Positions 19,676-29,323 of a DNA stretch of 64,000 nucleotides are shown here, one piece after another (position 1 is the first letter of the stretch; each line of letters starts with the position of its first letter). The translations under genes were made by a program, and so were the position numbers. The notes beneath the pieces are model-generated. The model made no database searches. It had not been told where the DNA came from and was given only the letters and a program-made list of their open reading frames with translations. Source of the stretch: Gammaproteobacteria bacterium. GTDB lineage: Bacteria > Pseudomonadota > Gammaproteobacteria > GCA-001735895. The DNA is taken from positions 907-64,906 of the forward strand of contig JAAESG010000001.1 in the NCBI GenBank assembly GCA_024229615.1, given 5' to 3'.

Positions 19676-20155
19676 ATGCGAATCAACCCTGTAATGGCGC
19701 AAAGATCCAAAAAAGACTATATTGCGGCGGCCGCGTTGCCGCTATTTCTCGAAAATGGTTTCAAGGGCACATCGATCGATATGGTGGTCAAGGTCAGCGG
19801 GGTATCAAAGCCGACCGTCTACAATCACTTTCCCGACAAGGCCGCCCTAATGCTGGCCGTAGTGGCGCGCTGGATTGAAAACAATAAGCCAATCATATTG
19901 CCACTTAAGGATTCGACCGAGCTCGAAGCGTTTGTGCGCAACCACTGGCTAACCGATGAAGCGGTCCGTATCTATGCAATCGTTATTGGTGAAGGCAGGC
20001 GCTTTCCGCTGGCGAGGGCACTCTTCTGGGAACAGTTTGACCGCCTCTGGCGCATCGCTTTCGATTATGTTTGCGAACATTCGCCTCAATTCGATCGGGC
20101 CACAATCGATGGACTGCTCGATCGACAATTACTCGAACGCTTGCGGGCGCAGTGA
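19676..20155 (+). CDS. TetR/AcrR family transcriptional regulator
   Basis: N-terminal HTH (SIDMVVKVSGVSKPTVYNHF). Alternative start ATG 19694. Confidence 0.8.
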   Translation: MRINPVMAQRSKKDYIAAAALPLFLENGFKGTSIDMVVKVSGVSKPTVYNHFPDKAALMLAVVARWIENNKPIILPLKDSTELEAFVRNHWLTDEAVRIYAIVIGEGRRFPLARALFWEQFDRLWRIAFDYVCEHSPQFDRATIDGLLDRQLLERLRAQ

Positions 20156-20255
20156 GACCGTTTTTTTTCGCCGATCCGTTTGTGCGCCAGATTTGAACTT
20201 TCAGACTCATATGTGGCCGAAGCAGAACCGACTTTTTAATCGTGGAGATCAAACC

Positions 20256-20691
20256 ATGGGAAAATTGATTATCGGCATGCTTGCGCTTTGTTGTTTTACC
20301 GCTGGCGTATGCAGGCCAGTCAGCAGCCTTTGCTAACAAGGGCGGCGCTATTCGTGGTTATGATCCCGTTGCCTGTTTTACTGCAGGTGAACCGACGCCC
20401 GGCAAAAGCAAATACTCCACCAAATGACAGGGTGCAATTTACAAGTTTTCCAGTGCCGACAATCTCGCGCTATTCAAATCCGATGCGAAAAGATAGGCAC
20501 CCCAGTACGGTGGCTGTTGTGCGTACGCAGTCTCGCAAGGTGCCACGGCGAGTACTGAGCCCGAAGCCTGGACCATCGTCAATGGTAAGCTTTATCTGAA
20601 TTTCAGTACGGCGGTGAAAAAACGCTGGAGCAAGGATGTACCCGGTCACATCAGGGCAGCCAACAATAACTGGCCGGCGGTACTCGAATAG
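20256..20691 (+). pseudogene. YHS-domain secreted protein gene, disrupted by a +1 frame discontinuity in the signal-peptide region and by in-frame TGA (20425-20427) and TAG (20494-20496)
   Basis: Frame from 20299 reads ...FANKGGAIRGYDPVACFTAGEPTPGKSKYSTK*QGAIYKFSSADNLALFKSDAKR*APQYGGCCAYAVSQGATASTEPEAWTIVNGKLYLNFSTAVKKRWSKDVPGHIRAANNNWPAVLE*. An ATG-led signal peptide MGKLIIGMLALCCFTAG is in a different frame. Confidence 0.6.
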
Positions 20692-20844
20692 TTCGGTCAT
20701 ACCGGGCACTCCGTGAAAATTTGCCAGTCCACACTTGAGGTAACGATTCCTCTGCTGCCGATTCGCTGCGATGATTTGTTCACCGGGACTGATTTATCAA
20801 TATAATAAATCGCAGCTTCTCAATCACATTTCCGGGATCAAAAA

Positions 20845-21912
20845 GTGGACGAGGTGTTCGAAACACGCAGTAAACTGGAGCTCGCCGAAAAACGGGTCAC
20901 CATTCCAGTGGATGAAATTGTATCCCTGGTCAGTGGTATATTCGAAAACATCGGATGTAGCACCGAGATATCACGACAAGTCGCCGAGCACCTCGCGGAT
21001 GCCAGTCTTTGCGGCATGGAATCACACGGGTTAATGCGTTGCCTGCAGTACGCAGACCAGTTTGCCTCTGGCTATATGCGTCCTGACGTCGAACCTGAAC
21101 TTAAGATCAGCGAACGTGGCGCGACCATTGTGGATGGAAAAGGTGGTATCGGTATTCCTGCCATGCATCTGGCGATTGACGAGGCTTGTAGAGTTGCCGG
21201 AAAGCAGGGCGTTTCCGCAATTGCGATAAGTAACGTCGGCCACACCGGCCGATTGGGTGCTTTTACCGAGGCCGCGGCCGAGCGCGGCTTTCTGTGTATT
21301 TGCTTTGGCGGTGGTGGGCGCGAGAAATGGCGCCAGGTGGCGCCATACGGTGGTAGGCAAGCGATGTTACCAACCAACCCATACAGCATCGCGGTTCCGG
21401 GTGGTGAGCGTGGACCGATGATGTTCGACTTTGCAACCTCGAAGATTGCCGGTGGCTGGATTTATGCCGCACGCAGCGCCGGTGCTCGCTTGCCGGACAA
21501 TGTGTTGATGGATGCCGAGGGCAATGTGACGCGCGACCCGGAGGATTACTTTCTCGGAGGTGCGATTATGCCCTCGGGCGGACACAAGGGTTACGCACTG
21601 GCGTTGGCGGCCGAGATTGTTGCCGAGGCGTTACTCGGCCCCACTGAAACCGAGGGTGGCTGGTTGTTGCTCACGGTGGATTGTGGGCGTTACCGCGAAG
21701 CATCGGCCATGCAGCGCGATGCCGAGGAAATTCTCGATGAGCTGCGTAACTGCCCGCCTGCGCCGGGCTTCGACCGAGTCGAGATTCCGGGTGAACGTGA
21801 ACGCGAGCATCGCATGATGACCAAAGATAACGGAATTGCACTGCCGCAAAAAACCTGGCGACAAATCGAGGTCCTGTCGCAACGTCTCGAAGCTGCAAGG
21901 TCGGCTGGCTAA
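20845..21912 (+). CDS. Ldh_2 family oxidoreductase (malate / L-lactate / sulfolactate dehydrogenase family 2)
   Basis: ESHGLMR and GGHKGYALAL motifs of the family; GTG start. Confidence 0.8.
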   Translation: MDEVFETRSKLELAEKRVTIPVDEIVSLVSGIFENIGCSTEISRQVAEHLADASLCGMESHGLMRCLQYADQFASGYMRPDVEPELKISERGATIVDGKGGIGIPAMHLAIDEACRVAGKQGVSAIAISNVGHTGRLGAFTEAAAERGFLCICFGGGGREKWRQVAPYGGRQAMLPTNPYSIAVPGGERGPMMFDFATSKIAGGWIYAARSAGARLPDNVLMDAEGNVTRDPEDYFLGGAIMPSGGHKGYALALAAEIVAEALLGPTETEGGWLLLTVDCGRYREASAMQRDAEEILDELRNCPPAPGFDRVEIPGEREREHRMMTKDNGIALPQKTWRQIEVLSQRLEAARSAG

Positions 21913-22922
21913 AATAGCGACTTAAGATAGTCGATCGACTTCTGCCACCATGATTTTGCGGTTGCAATCTCACTGATGTCTCGACTCAGATCAAAGAAGC
22001 CTTCCGGCAAGGGTGCCTTGCCAGGTGCTTCGGTGCTCGAACGGACTAGCGCGAACTCGTTTTGTTTGAGCTCAATTTCGGCACTCGCGTTTTTGAGACC
22101 GATGCTGCCGTCTCGCACTGCAACAGAGACGCCGTACAGGTCGGCACAGGTTTCGATTTGATTGCAGCTACGCACGGTAAAGTCGGTACCTCGAATGCCG
22201 ATGCTTGCGGACAGGGTTGAATCAATCTGAAATCGGTTTCGCTGGACCTTGCCGATCAGACCGGTAATGGTTCTCAAGACGCCGTTTCGAAATGAGGCGA
22301 CCAGCGAACCCAACACATCGTCATTCGGGGACTTCGGCTTGACGAAGCCATACTCGCTAATCGTGAACTCGCTATCAGGGCCCATGATGAAGCGCGTATT
22401 ATCGAGCAGCGTAATTTCGGCGAGCGAACTTTGATGAGTTAATATGACATCATCGACGTACAGTTTTTCAGTTCCGAGAATTAGAACGGTTTCATCATCA
22501 CGCTGAATTTCGGTTTGACCACTAGCACCCATAATATTACCGATCACGGGTATTGTCGGTCCCGGCTCGGGGACAGGTTCCGCTTCGGCGACTGGTTCCG
22601 GCTCGGCTATCGGCTCTGCCTCAACGATCGGTTCAGGCGGTGTTACCATCACGGGTTGGGGCGTGGGTTTATTAGGATTTTCAGGCAGCTTAATGGTTGT
22701 ACCGGGACGCACGAAATTAGCGTTACCGCTGGCGAAAATTCCAGGGTTCAACAGCAGGACCTGATCGATGAATGGCAGCAGTTCGATATAGCTTTCGCCA
22801 TAGTTCTTGGCACGCAATACCGAGGCTAGCGTATCGCTTTTCTGGATGACGTATAAATGGGTATTGGCCAGAGACTGGCCACTGGCGATCAGCGCCAGTA
22901 TCAGAAAGGCGATGTATTTCAT
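21909..22922 (-). CDS. secreted LysM-like / FecR-domain protein with Pro/Glu-rich repeat linker
   Basis: Signal peptide; YVIQKSDTLASVL LysM-like segment; PEPIVEAEPIAEPEPVAEAEPVPEP linker; FecR-like beta-rich C-terminal domain. Confidence 0.65.
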   Translation of the reverse strand: MKYIAFLILALIASGQSLANTHLYVIQKSDTLASVLRAKNYGESYIELLPFIDQVLLLNPGIFASGNANFVRPGTTIKLPENPNKPTPQPVMVTPPEPIVEAEPIAEPEPVAEAEPVPEPGPTIPVIGNIMGASGQTEIQRDDETVLILGTEKLYVDDVILTHQSSLAEITLLDNTRFIMGPDSEFTISEYGFVKPKSPNDDVLGSLVASFRNGVLRTITGLIGKVQRNRFQIDSTLSASIGIRGTDFTVRSCNQIETCADLYGVSVAVRDGSIGLKNASAEIELKQNEFALVRSSTEAPGKAPLPEGFFDLSRDISEIATAKSWWQKSIDYLKSLF

Positions 22923-23112
22923 TGAGGTACTCCCGCACTTATTTGTTTTGGTTTACTTGTCTGCCGCCGGGGCGCTTGATTTGATGAGCCCCAGATGGCG
23001 CGCACTATGTCTGTTTGGCGCTGATTTCTCAATAAAAAAATGAACCTGGGCATTTGCTCACGGTTTCACAACGAGTTCGGGCATTTCAAGCGATGAAACA
23101 CGGGTACTTGAA

Positions 23113-24945
23113 TCACGACTCGCTGGCTTCAGCCAAACTCGATTCCTGTTGGGGGTATTCTTGTGTGATGCGAATCAATTCCGCACCGTACAGTTCGAGT
23201 TTGCGTGCACCGATTCCCGGAATCAGGGCAAGCTGCTCGCTGCTTTCGGGGCGTAGATCGCATATTGCGGCCAGGGTTTTGTCGTGCAGTATGACGTAAG
23301 GGGGGACGCCTTGCTCCTTCGCTAGTTGACTGCGATGCAAGCGCAAGGCGTCGAACAAGGGTGTATCGGCAGCACATAGTTCAGTTCTCGATTTACTCGC
23401 GGCCGGTTTTTTGGGTTTTAGCGCCTTCTCGAATTTACGCAGACGAAGTTGCTGTTCCCCATTCAATAGTGGCTTGCAGCCAGGGCTCATTTTGAGTGCC
23501 CCATAGTTGTCGATATCGGCGTACAGATAGCCGAGCGCGATAAGTTGGCGGAACAGGCTACGCCATTCGTTGTTGTCCAGATCACCAATGCCAAAGGTGC
23601 TGAGCTGATCGTGATTGTTTTGCAGAATGCGTTCACGTGCATGACCCATCAGCACGTCAATGACATAATTCACACCAAAGCGCTGGCCGGTACGGTAAAC
23701 GCAGGATAGCGCCATGCGTGCGGCTTCGGTCGCATCCCAGGTTTGCGGTGGATCAACACAGTTGTCGCAATTACCGCAAGGCTCGGCCAGCTGCTCGTCG
23801 AAATAGTCGAGCAAGGTCTGGCGACGGCAGCCGGTCTGTTCGCAGAAGCCCAGCATCGATTCCATCTTGTGGTGCAGGACACGTTTGAACTGTTCGTCTG
23901 CATCGCTTTGCGCCATCATCTGGCGCAGGGTGATGATGTCCTGTAAACCGTAAGCCAGCCAGGCATTGGCGGGATCTCCATCGCGTCCGGCGCGCCCGGT
24001 TTCCTGGTAATACGATTCGATATTTTTTGGCAGATTCAGATGCGCGACAAAGCGCACGTCGGGTTTGTCGATACCCATGCCAAATGCGATGGTGGCGACA
24101 ATGATGACCCCTTCCTGCTGCAGGAAAATGCGTTGATGTTCGGCGCGGGTGGTTTTATCAAGTCCGGCATGATAGGGCAGGGCATTGCGACCCTGCTCAC
24201 GTAACCAGGCCGCGACAGTTTCGACTTTTTTTCGTGACAGGCAATAGACGATACCAGCGTCGGTGGCATGATGCTCGCGAATGAAGTTCCACAGCCTCTG
24301 ACGACCATTATCGCCCTGGGTGATTCGATAGAAAATGTTTGGGCGATCGAAACTGTGCACATATCGAGCCGCGCCATGCAACTGCAATTGTTGCTCAATC
24401 TCGCCCAGCGTACGTTTGTCAGCGGTTGCCGTGAGCGCAATTCGTGGGACATCGGGAAAACTTTCATGCAGGCGCTGCAGCTTCTGATAGTTGGGTCGGA
24501 AATCATGGCCCCATTGGGAGACACAGTGTGCTTCGTCGATAGCAAACAACGCGATCCGGCAATCTTCGAGGGTTTGCAAAAAATCGTCGCCGAGGGCACG
24601 CTCTGGTGCGACGTAAAGCAAATCGATCTCAGCGGTGCGTAAGAGCTGCTTGACCTGTTGCTGCTGGTCTACGCCCTGGGTCGAATTCAGAAATGCCGCC
24701 CTGATGCCATTTTGTGCCAGCGCATCGACCTGATCCTGCATCAGTGCAATCAGAGGTGAAATGACAATGCCGACACCTTCGCGCAAGATTGCCGGTATCT
24801 GGTAGCACAACGACTTGCCACCGCCGGTTGGCATCAAAACAAGGGCATCCTGACCGGCGACTAGAGTATCGATGATCTTTTGTTGCTGAAAACGAAACTG
24901 CGCGTAACCAAATCGGTTGCGCAGAATATCGAGTGCCTGAGACAT
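23113..24945 (-). CDS. recQ: ATP-dependent DNA helicase RecQ
   Basis: Walker A TGGGKS, DEAH box, zinc-binding and HRDC regions; 610 aa. Confidence 0.9.
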   Translation of the reverse strand: MSQALDILRNRFGYAQFRFQQQKIIDTLVAGQDALVLMPTGGGKSLCYQIPAILREGVGIVISPLIALMQDQVDALAQNGIRAAFLNSTQGVDQQQQVKQLLRTAEIDLLYVAPERALGDDFLQTLEDCRIALFAIDEAHCVSQWGHDFRPNYQKLQRLHESFPDVPRIALTATADKRTLGEIEQQLQLHGAARYVHSFDRPNIFYRITQGDNGRQRLWNFIREHHATDAGIVYCLSRKKVETVAAWLREQGRNALPYHAGLDKTTRAEHQRIFLQQEGVIIVATIAFGMGIDKPDVRFVAHLNLPKNIESYYQETGRAGRDGDPANAWLAYGLQDIITLRQMMAQSDADEQFKRVLHHKMESMLGFCEQTGCRRQTLLDYFDEQLAEPCGNCDNCVDPPQTWDATEAARMALSCVYRTGQRFGVNYVIDVLMGHARERILQNNHDQLSTFGIGDLDNNEWRSLFRQLIALGYLYADIDNYGALKMSPGCKPLLNGEQQLRLRKFEKALKPKKPAASKSRTELCAADTPLFDALRLHRSQLAKEQGVPPYVILHDKTLAAICDLRPESSEQLALIPGIGARKLELYGAELIRITQEYPQQESSLAEASES

Positions 24946-24976
24946 AGTGATATAGTCGTCCTTTTGTGGATTGTTG

Positions 24977-25432
24977 ATGTACTGTCCTTGTCATTCCGGC
25001 CAGCAATTTGACCAGTGCTGCGATCGGTTTATATCATATCGCGAGCAGCCTGAGAATGCGCTTCAATTGATGCGCTCGCGTTACTGTGCTTATTCGCTCG
25101 CTGATCGGGAATATATATTGGAAACCTGGCATGCAGATTTCCGGCCACGACAGTTCTCCATCGATCGACGAATACGCTGGATTGGTCTGGATATAATCGC
25201 TAGAGACGAGCAAGGCACGCGAGCCATGGTCGAGTTCGAAGCGCGCCTGATGCTGGAGAATACAGTCGAAGCCCTGCACGAGCGTAGTGCCTTTGTGCGC
25301 ACAGGCGGGCAGTGGCTGTACACCACCGGTGACATAATGACGCCGAGTTTCGCGCCGTGGAAACCGGGTCGCAATGAAAGTTGTCCCTGTGGCAGCGGCC
25401 TCAAGTTCAAGCGTTGTTGCTCCAGGCGTTAA
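24977..25432 (+). CDS. ychJ: YchJ family (UPF0225) protein with SEC-C zinc motifs
   Basis: N-terminal CPCHSG...CC and C-terminal CPCGSGLKFKRCC. ATG 24977 chosen by alignment to E. coli YchJ. Confidence 0.8.
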   Translation: MYCPCHSGQQFDQCCDRFISYREQPENALQLMRSRYCAYSLADREYILETWHADFRPRQFSIDRRIRWIGLDIIARDEQGTRAMVEFEARLMLENTVEALHERSAFVRTGGQWLYTTGDIMTPSFAPWKPGRNESCPCGSGLKFKRCCSRR

Positions 25433-25466
25433 AAAAAACCCGGCCGGGAAATCGGCCGGGATTTGC
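25430..25466. terminator. bidirectional rho-independent terminator between ychJ and the esterase gene
   Basis: AAAAAAAA-CCCGGCCG-ggaaat-CGGCCGGG-ATTTGCTCT. Confidence 0.6.
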
Positions 25467-25477
25467 TCTCGGTGGAC

Positions 25478-27460
25478 TTAAGGATCTAGCGGATCGAACA
25501 CCGCGTTCGGCCCGGGTGACGTGTCGAACGGGTCGGCCTGATTGCTCCGATTGGGGTACCAGTTGTAGTGCCATGACCACATCACGTAGTACTCGATAAA
25601 GTCACGCACGTTTTCGTTCGGGTGTGCCAGATGCGCCTCGTACAGTTCCTGAGGTGTGCGATTGATGTCATCGCTATCCATGTGCACGTCGAGCGTATCG
25701 TAATCTGCATCGAAAACGATCATGCGTTCACGATTTTTCTTCCAGCGCTTCCACTTAACCGGCTGCTCCTTGCTGTGTCGAATTTTGCCCGAACGGTTAT
25801 GGATGAACTCGTTCAGATAGGCCCTGGCTGCATGCGACAGTTTCAGGCGACCATCGAAATTGTCGGCAGTGTACTGGTATCCGTTTTCGACCGTGCCGCC
25901 ATCGGCTAACCCCTCGAACCTTTGCCAGAAAAAGTCGGCCTCGGCTACGTGTGGAGCACCGACATAGAACTTCCAGGCATCCTCAAATGGAATTTTATAT
26001 TCCTTGTTCGCATCCGAGCCCCAATCGAATCGATACACGTATACCGGTATCCGCGGTTTGGCCTGAGACAGGTTTCGCGCAAGGTTTTGCGCACCCAGAT
26101 AATTATTCAGTTCATCGATCAACTCGGTACCGAACTTGTAGTTAGCCATGAATTCTGCCGGACTGTCGCCCATGGTCGCGAGAAAGTCCAGCAACCACGA
26201 GGGTCCGCCGTCATTGATGGCTTCGTCGACCAGTGTTTCCAGTGATTTACCCTGTTCAAAGTTATACGGCCAATAGGCATTCCATGCGTTGTTTTCGTTT
26301 TTGGTGGTACCTATCACGGTTGGTTTAGGAAAACCGTTTCCGTTTGAGAAATCAGCAAAACTGATATTATCCGGCAGCACATAGCCGTCACCGATGGTGT
26401 AAACGAATTCGGGTCGGTTCGCCGACTTCTGTACCATAGGCGGCGGTACCCATGCATTGCCCGAGACAATATCGTCGCGATAAAAATCACCCCAGTTGAT
26501 TGAACCCCAGTATCCATTCCAGTAAACGTCGCGGATTTCCGCCGCGGTCTTGCCGTATAAGTAATCACGAATCTCGTCATTGCTCATACCATCGGCCAGG
26601 GTCTTGGCAGCCGGTGTATCGACAGCCAGACCATCGCCGACAAGCAGGTTGTACAGTGCCTGTTTTGAGGATTTGGTCGCAGCGGCAACTGGTCTGATTC
26701 CGGGATAGTTGCTCTCCATGATCGCCTTGTGGAACAGATTCTTCGCCAGCGGTGTGTGCATAAGGTAGGAAACGTTTTGTGCGCCGGCGGATGCTCCGGC
26801 GATCGTGACGTTGCGGGGATCGCCGCCGAAGCGCCTGATATTTCTTTTGACCCATTGCAGCGCTTTGACCTGGTCGAGTAAACCATAGTTACCCGAATCG
26901 TCGATACGGTTGTCGGTTTTCAGCGATGGATGCGAAAACCAGCCCATCACGCCGACGCGATAGTTGATGGAAACGACCAAGGCGTTGTAGTTTTTTGCCA
27001 CGGTGTACCACGAACCATCTCCAGAACCGCCCGTGTTGCTGCCCCCGTGGATGTAAAAGAACACCGGCAACAAGCGGTGATCGTCGTCGTCCCGCTCGTC
27101 GTCGTCATCGTCATCATGACCCTGGTACTGTGATTGCGGTTGCCAGACATTCAGGTATAAACAGTCCTCACTGCCGCCTCTGCCCTGGTGGCACCTGCTG
27201 CCGAATTCGCTGGCGTCCCTGATGCCTTCCCAGGATTCGGGATCCTGGGGTGCTTTCCAGCGTAGATCGCCGGTGGGGGGTCGAGCGTAGGGAATACCCT
27301 TGTAGGCGATAACGTCGAATTCTTCCACCAGGGTGCCCTGCACCAATCCCGATCGGGTAGGGACGACGGTATCGGTCGAAGGTCGGTCCCCGGCAAATGA
27401 AAATATCGAGTAAACCAGCAATAAAATTGCGGAAACGCTTAAATATGAGTGCTTTTTCAT
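25478..27460 (-). CDS. secreted type-B carboxylesterase/lipase family protein with poly-Asp insertion
   Basis: Signal peptide; GASAG nucleophile elbow; EDCLYLNV oxyanion region; acidic insert QGHDDDDDDERDDDDH. Confidence 0.8.
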   Translation of the reverse strand: MKKHSYLSVSAILLLVYSIFSFAGDRPSTDTVVPTRSGLVQGTLVEEFDVIAYKGIPYARPPTGDLRWKAPQDPESWEGIRDASEFGSRCHQGRGGSEDCLYLNVWQPQSQYQGHDDDDDDERDDDDHRLLPVFFYIHGGSNTGGSGDGSWYTVAKNYNALVVSINYRVGVMGWFSHPSLKTDNRIDDSGNYGLLDQVKALQWVKRNIRRFGGDPRNVTIAGASAGAQNVSYLMHTPLAKNLFHKAIMESNYPGIRPVAAATKSSKQALYNLLVGDGLAVDTPAAKTLADGMSNDEIRDYLYGKTAAEIRDVYWNGYWGSINWGDFYRDDIVSGNAWVPPPMVQKSANRPEFVYTIGDGYVLPDNISFADFSNGNGFPKPTVIGTTKNENNAWNAYWPYNFEQGKSLETLVDEAINDGGPSWLLDFLATMGDSPAEFMANYKFGTELIDELNNYLGAQNLARNLSQAKPRIPVYVYRFDWGSDANKEYKIPFEDAWKFYVGAPHVAEADFFWQRFEGLADGGTVENGYQYTADNFDGRLKLSHAARAYLNEFIHNRSGKIRHSKEQPVKWKRWKKNRERMIVFDADYDTLDVHMDSDDINRTPQELYEAHLAHPNENVRDFIEYYVMWSWHYNWYPNRSNQADPFDTSPGPNAVFDPLDP

Positions 27461-27720
27461 GAAACTCCTCCTATTTATCAGTCAATTATCTGTTGTAGCC
27501 GGATGTTTTTGTTTTTATAGAAAGACAGGTTGCTATGTGTTTCACACTGTTAAGGAAGTTGAACGGGATCAGGCGTTTCTTTGAAGAAGACCTGAGGTTC
27601 GAGCTCTTCCCTGGGTTCAGTTTTTTGTTAATCTCCCTGTCCTTGGAATGACGAGGGTTTATTTCATCAGATTTGTTCCTCGCCAGTCAACCACCGGGGT
27701 GCATCTACCTTGCCGGTAGT

Positions 27721-27742
27721 GCAGTCATGCATGCATGACTGC
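27721..27742. repeat. perfect 22-bp palindrome GCAGTCATGCATGCATGACTGC
   Basis: Seen directly. 27 nt downstream of the CBS gene stop, 260 bp upstream of the esterase start. Confidence 0.6.
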
Positions 27743-27768
27743 TGTGCTGACAGGCGGGAATAAGCCGG

Positions 27769-28176
27769 TCAGAGCAGGCGATCGCGAATGCCGTGCAACA
27801 CGATATCGGTGTATCCGACGATACCGACCACCTTGCGGTTGTCGACCACCGGGGCGCGACCGATGCCGAAGTTTTCGAACAGGCGCGCACAATAGCGAAT
27901 ATCCATCTCCGGATCCACGCTGATCACTGGCTTCGACATGATTTCGTAGATATTGACTCGCTCGGCCGACTTATCCCTGGCCAGAACCTTCTTCGCAATA
28001 TCGGATAACAAGACGATTCCGTATTCGTCGTTCTCATGGCGGGTATCGACGATGAAACACTTGGATTCGGGATGTATCGACTTTTTTAGGACATCTGCTA
28101 CGGTGTCCATGCCATCGACGAGATCGAAATCCGGAGTCATGACGTCCTTAACGCGAATGATGACTTTCTCACTCAT
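27769..28176 (-). CDS. CBS-domain pair protein
   Basis: Two CBS motifs (VKDVMTPDFDLV..., ...IYEIMSKPVISV...). Confidence 0.8.
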   Translation of the reverse strand: MSEKVIIRVKDVMTPDFDLVDGMDTVADVLKKSIHPESKCFIVDTRHENDEYGIVLLSDIAKKVLARDKSAERVNIYEIMSKPVISVDPEMDIRYCARLFENFGIGRAPVVDNRKVVGIVGYTDIVLHGIRDRLL

Positions 28177-28523
28177 ATCTCTTCCTCAACAATTTCTGCC
28201 AGCTTGCTTACCTGATGTGACACTCCGACCGCATCCTCAACATCGATGCTGAATGCGATGCCGGAACCCGGGCTGGCGTCGAAGTTCCCGGCGACCTCGA
28301 TGGTTTCGAGAATTTCCCGGCACATGTGTTCTTCGACCAGTAGTAAAACCACATCTCGCTGAGCTTCCAGGTTCAGTCCGAGAAAAGTTTTGCTAATCTG
28401 CATACCTTCACCTCGAGCGCTGGAGATCACAGTTGAGCCGGTGGCACCGTTATCGCGCGCAGCTTCGACGATCTTATCAGTGATCGAGTCCTCGGTCAGT
28501 GCGATGATTAATTTAAAATGCAT
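28173..28523 (-). CDS. P-II (GlnB)-like signal-transduction protein
   Basis: 116 aa, ferredoxin-like beta-alpha-beta double fold with T-loop-like segment, PII-like. Overlaps the CBS gene by 4 nt. Confidence 0.65.
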   Translation of the reverse strand: MHFKLIIALTEDSITDKIVEAARDNGATGSTVISSARGEGMQISKTFLGLNLEAQRDVVLLLVEEHMCREILETIEVAGNFDASPGSGIAFSIDVEDAVGVSHQVSKLAEIVEEEI

Positions 28524-28536
28524 GGCGATTTCTCTT

Positions 28537-29316
28537 TTAAGTTATGGGTTTGTTGCTGCGCCGATTACGCCATTCGGACAATTGGGCGTAGGCTAGCACA
28601 GACATAATCGGAAAAAGACTGGCGAAGGCGATCAGGCCAAAGCCGTCGAGTAACGGGTTACGACCCGGCACGGTGCTGGCTAGTCCGAGCCCGAGAGCAG
28701 CAACCAGTGGAACCGTTACGGTCGAGGTGGTGACACCGCCCGAATCATAGGCGAGCGCAATTATCATGCGTGGTGCGAACATAGTTTGTGCCAGCACCAA
28801 CACGTAACCGCTAATAATGTACCAGTAGAGTGGGGTGCCGGTGATGATTCGGAACACGCCCAGTGCGATACCGATAGCAACGCCTATCGCGACCGCGATG
28901 CGCAATCCCCAGGTTCCGATACTGCCGGCCGAGACCTGGTTTGCCTTAATCGCCACAGCCAGTAACGACGGTTCGGCGATGGTGGTTGAAAATCCGATGG
29001 CGAAGGCGAATAGGTAGACCCACTGGTAGTCCCACCATTGTAGAATCCTGCCGACATCGTCACCGGCGATGAAGACTGGATCGGTCAACTGTTGCGCCAT
29101 CAGCCGTCCAAGCGGGAACAGTGCCGCCTGCAGACCCTCGAGGAAAAAACCCAGTCCCAGCAACACCAGCAGGAAGCCGGTAAGAATTTTTTTCAGGTTG
29201 GGGATGGGTTTGCGCAGGATAAACAACTGGAATCCGAAAATAACCAACGCGATCGGTAAGACATCCCAGACGGTTGCTGCGATCGCATAAATCAGGTCTG
29301 TCAGGATGTGTATCAT
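28537..29316 (-). CDS. DUF1538 family integral membrane protein
   Basis: Multi-TM; paralogous to 29324-30055 (shared GVTTSTxTVPLVxALGxGLAS and [11 protein letters not shown] segments). Confidence 0.75.
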   Translation of the reverse strand: MIHILTDLIYAIAATVWDVLPIALVIFGFQLFILRKPIPNLKKILTGFLLVLLGLGFFLEGLQAALFPLGRLMAQQLTDPVFIAGDDVGRILQWWDYQWVYLFAFAIGFSTTIAEPSLLAVAIKANQVSAGSIGTWGLRIAVAIGVAIGIALGVFRIITGTPLYWYIISGYVLVLAQTMFAPRMIIALAYDSGGVTTSTVTVPLVAALGLGLASTVPGRNPLLDGFGLIAFASLFPIMSVLAYAQLSEWRNRRSNKPIT

Positions 29317-29323
29317 GGGCGCG

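Noticed and set aside
20425-20496. Selenocysteine or pyrrolysine recoding of the in-frame TGA/TAG in the YHS gene
   Set aside because: Neighbouring genes clearly terminate at TGA and TAG. I see no SECIS-like hairpin after the TGA. The MttB-family gene in the window has no in-frame TAG. The gene also has a separate frame break, so pseudogenisation is the simpler reading.
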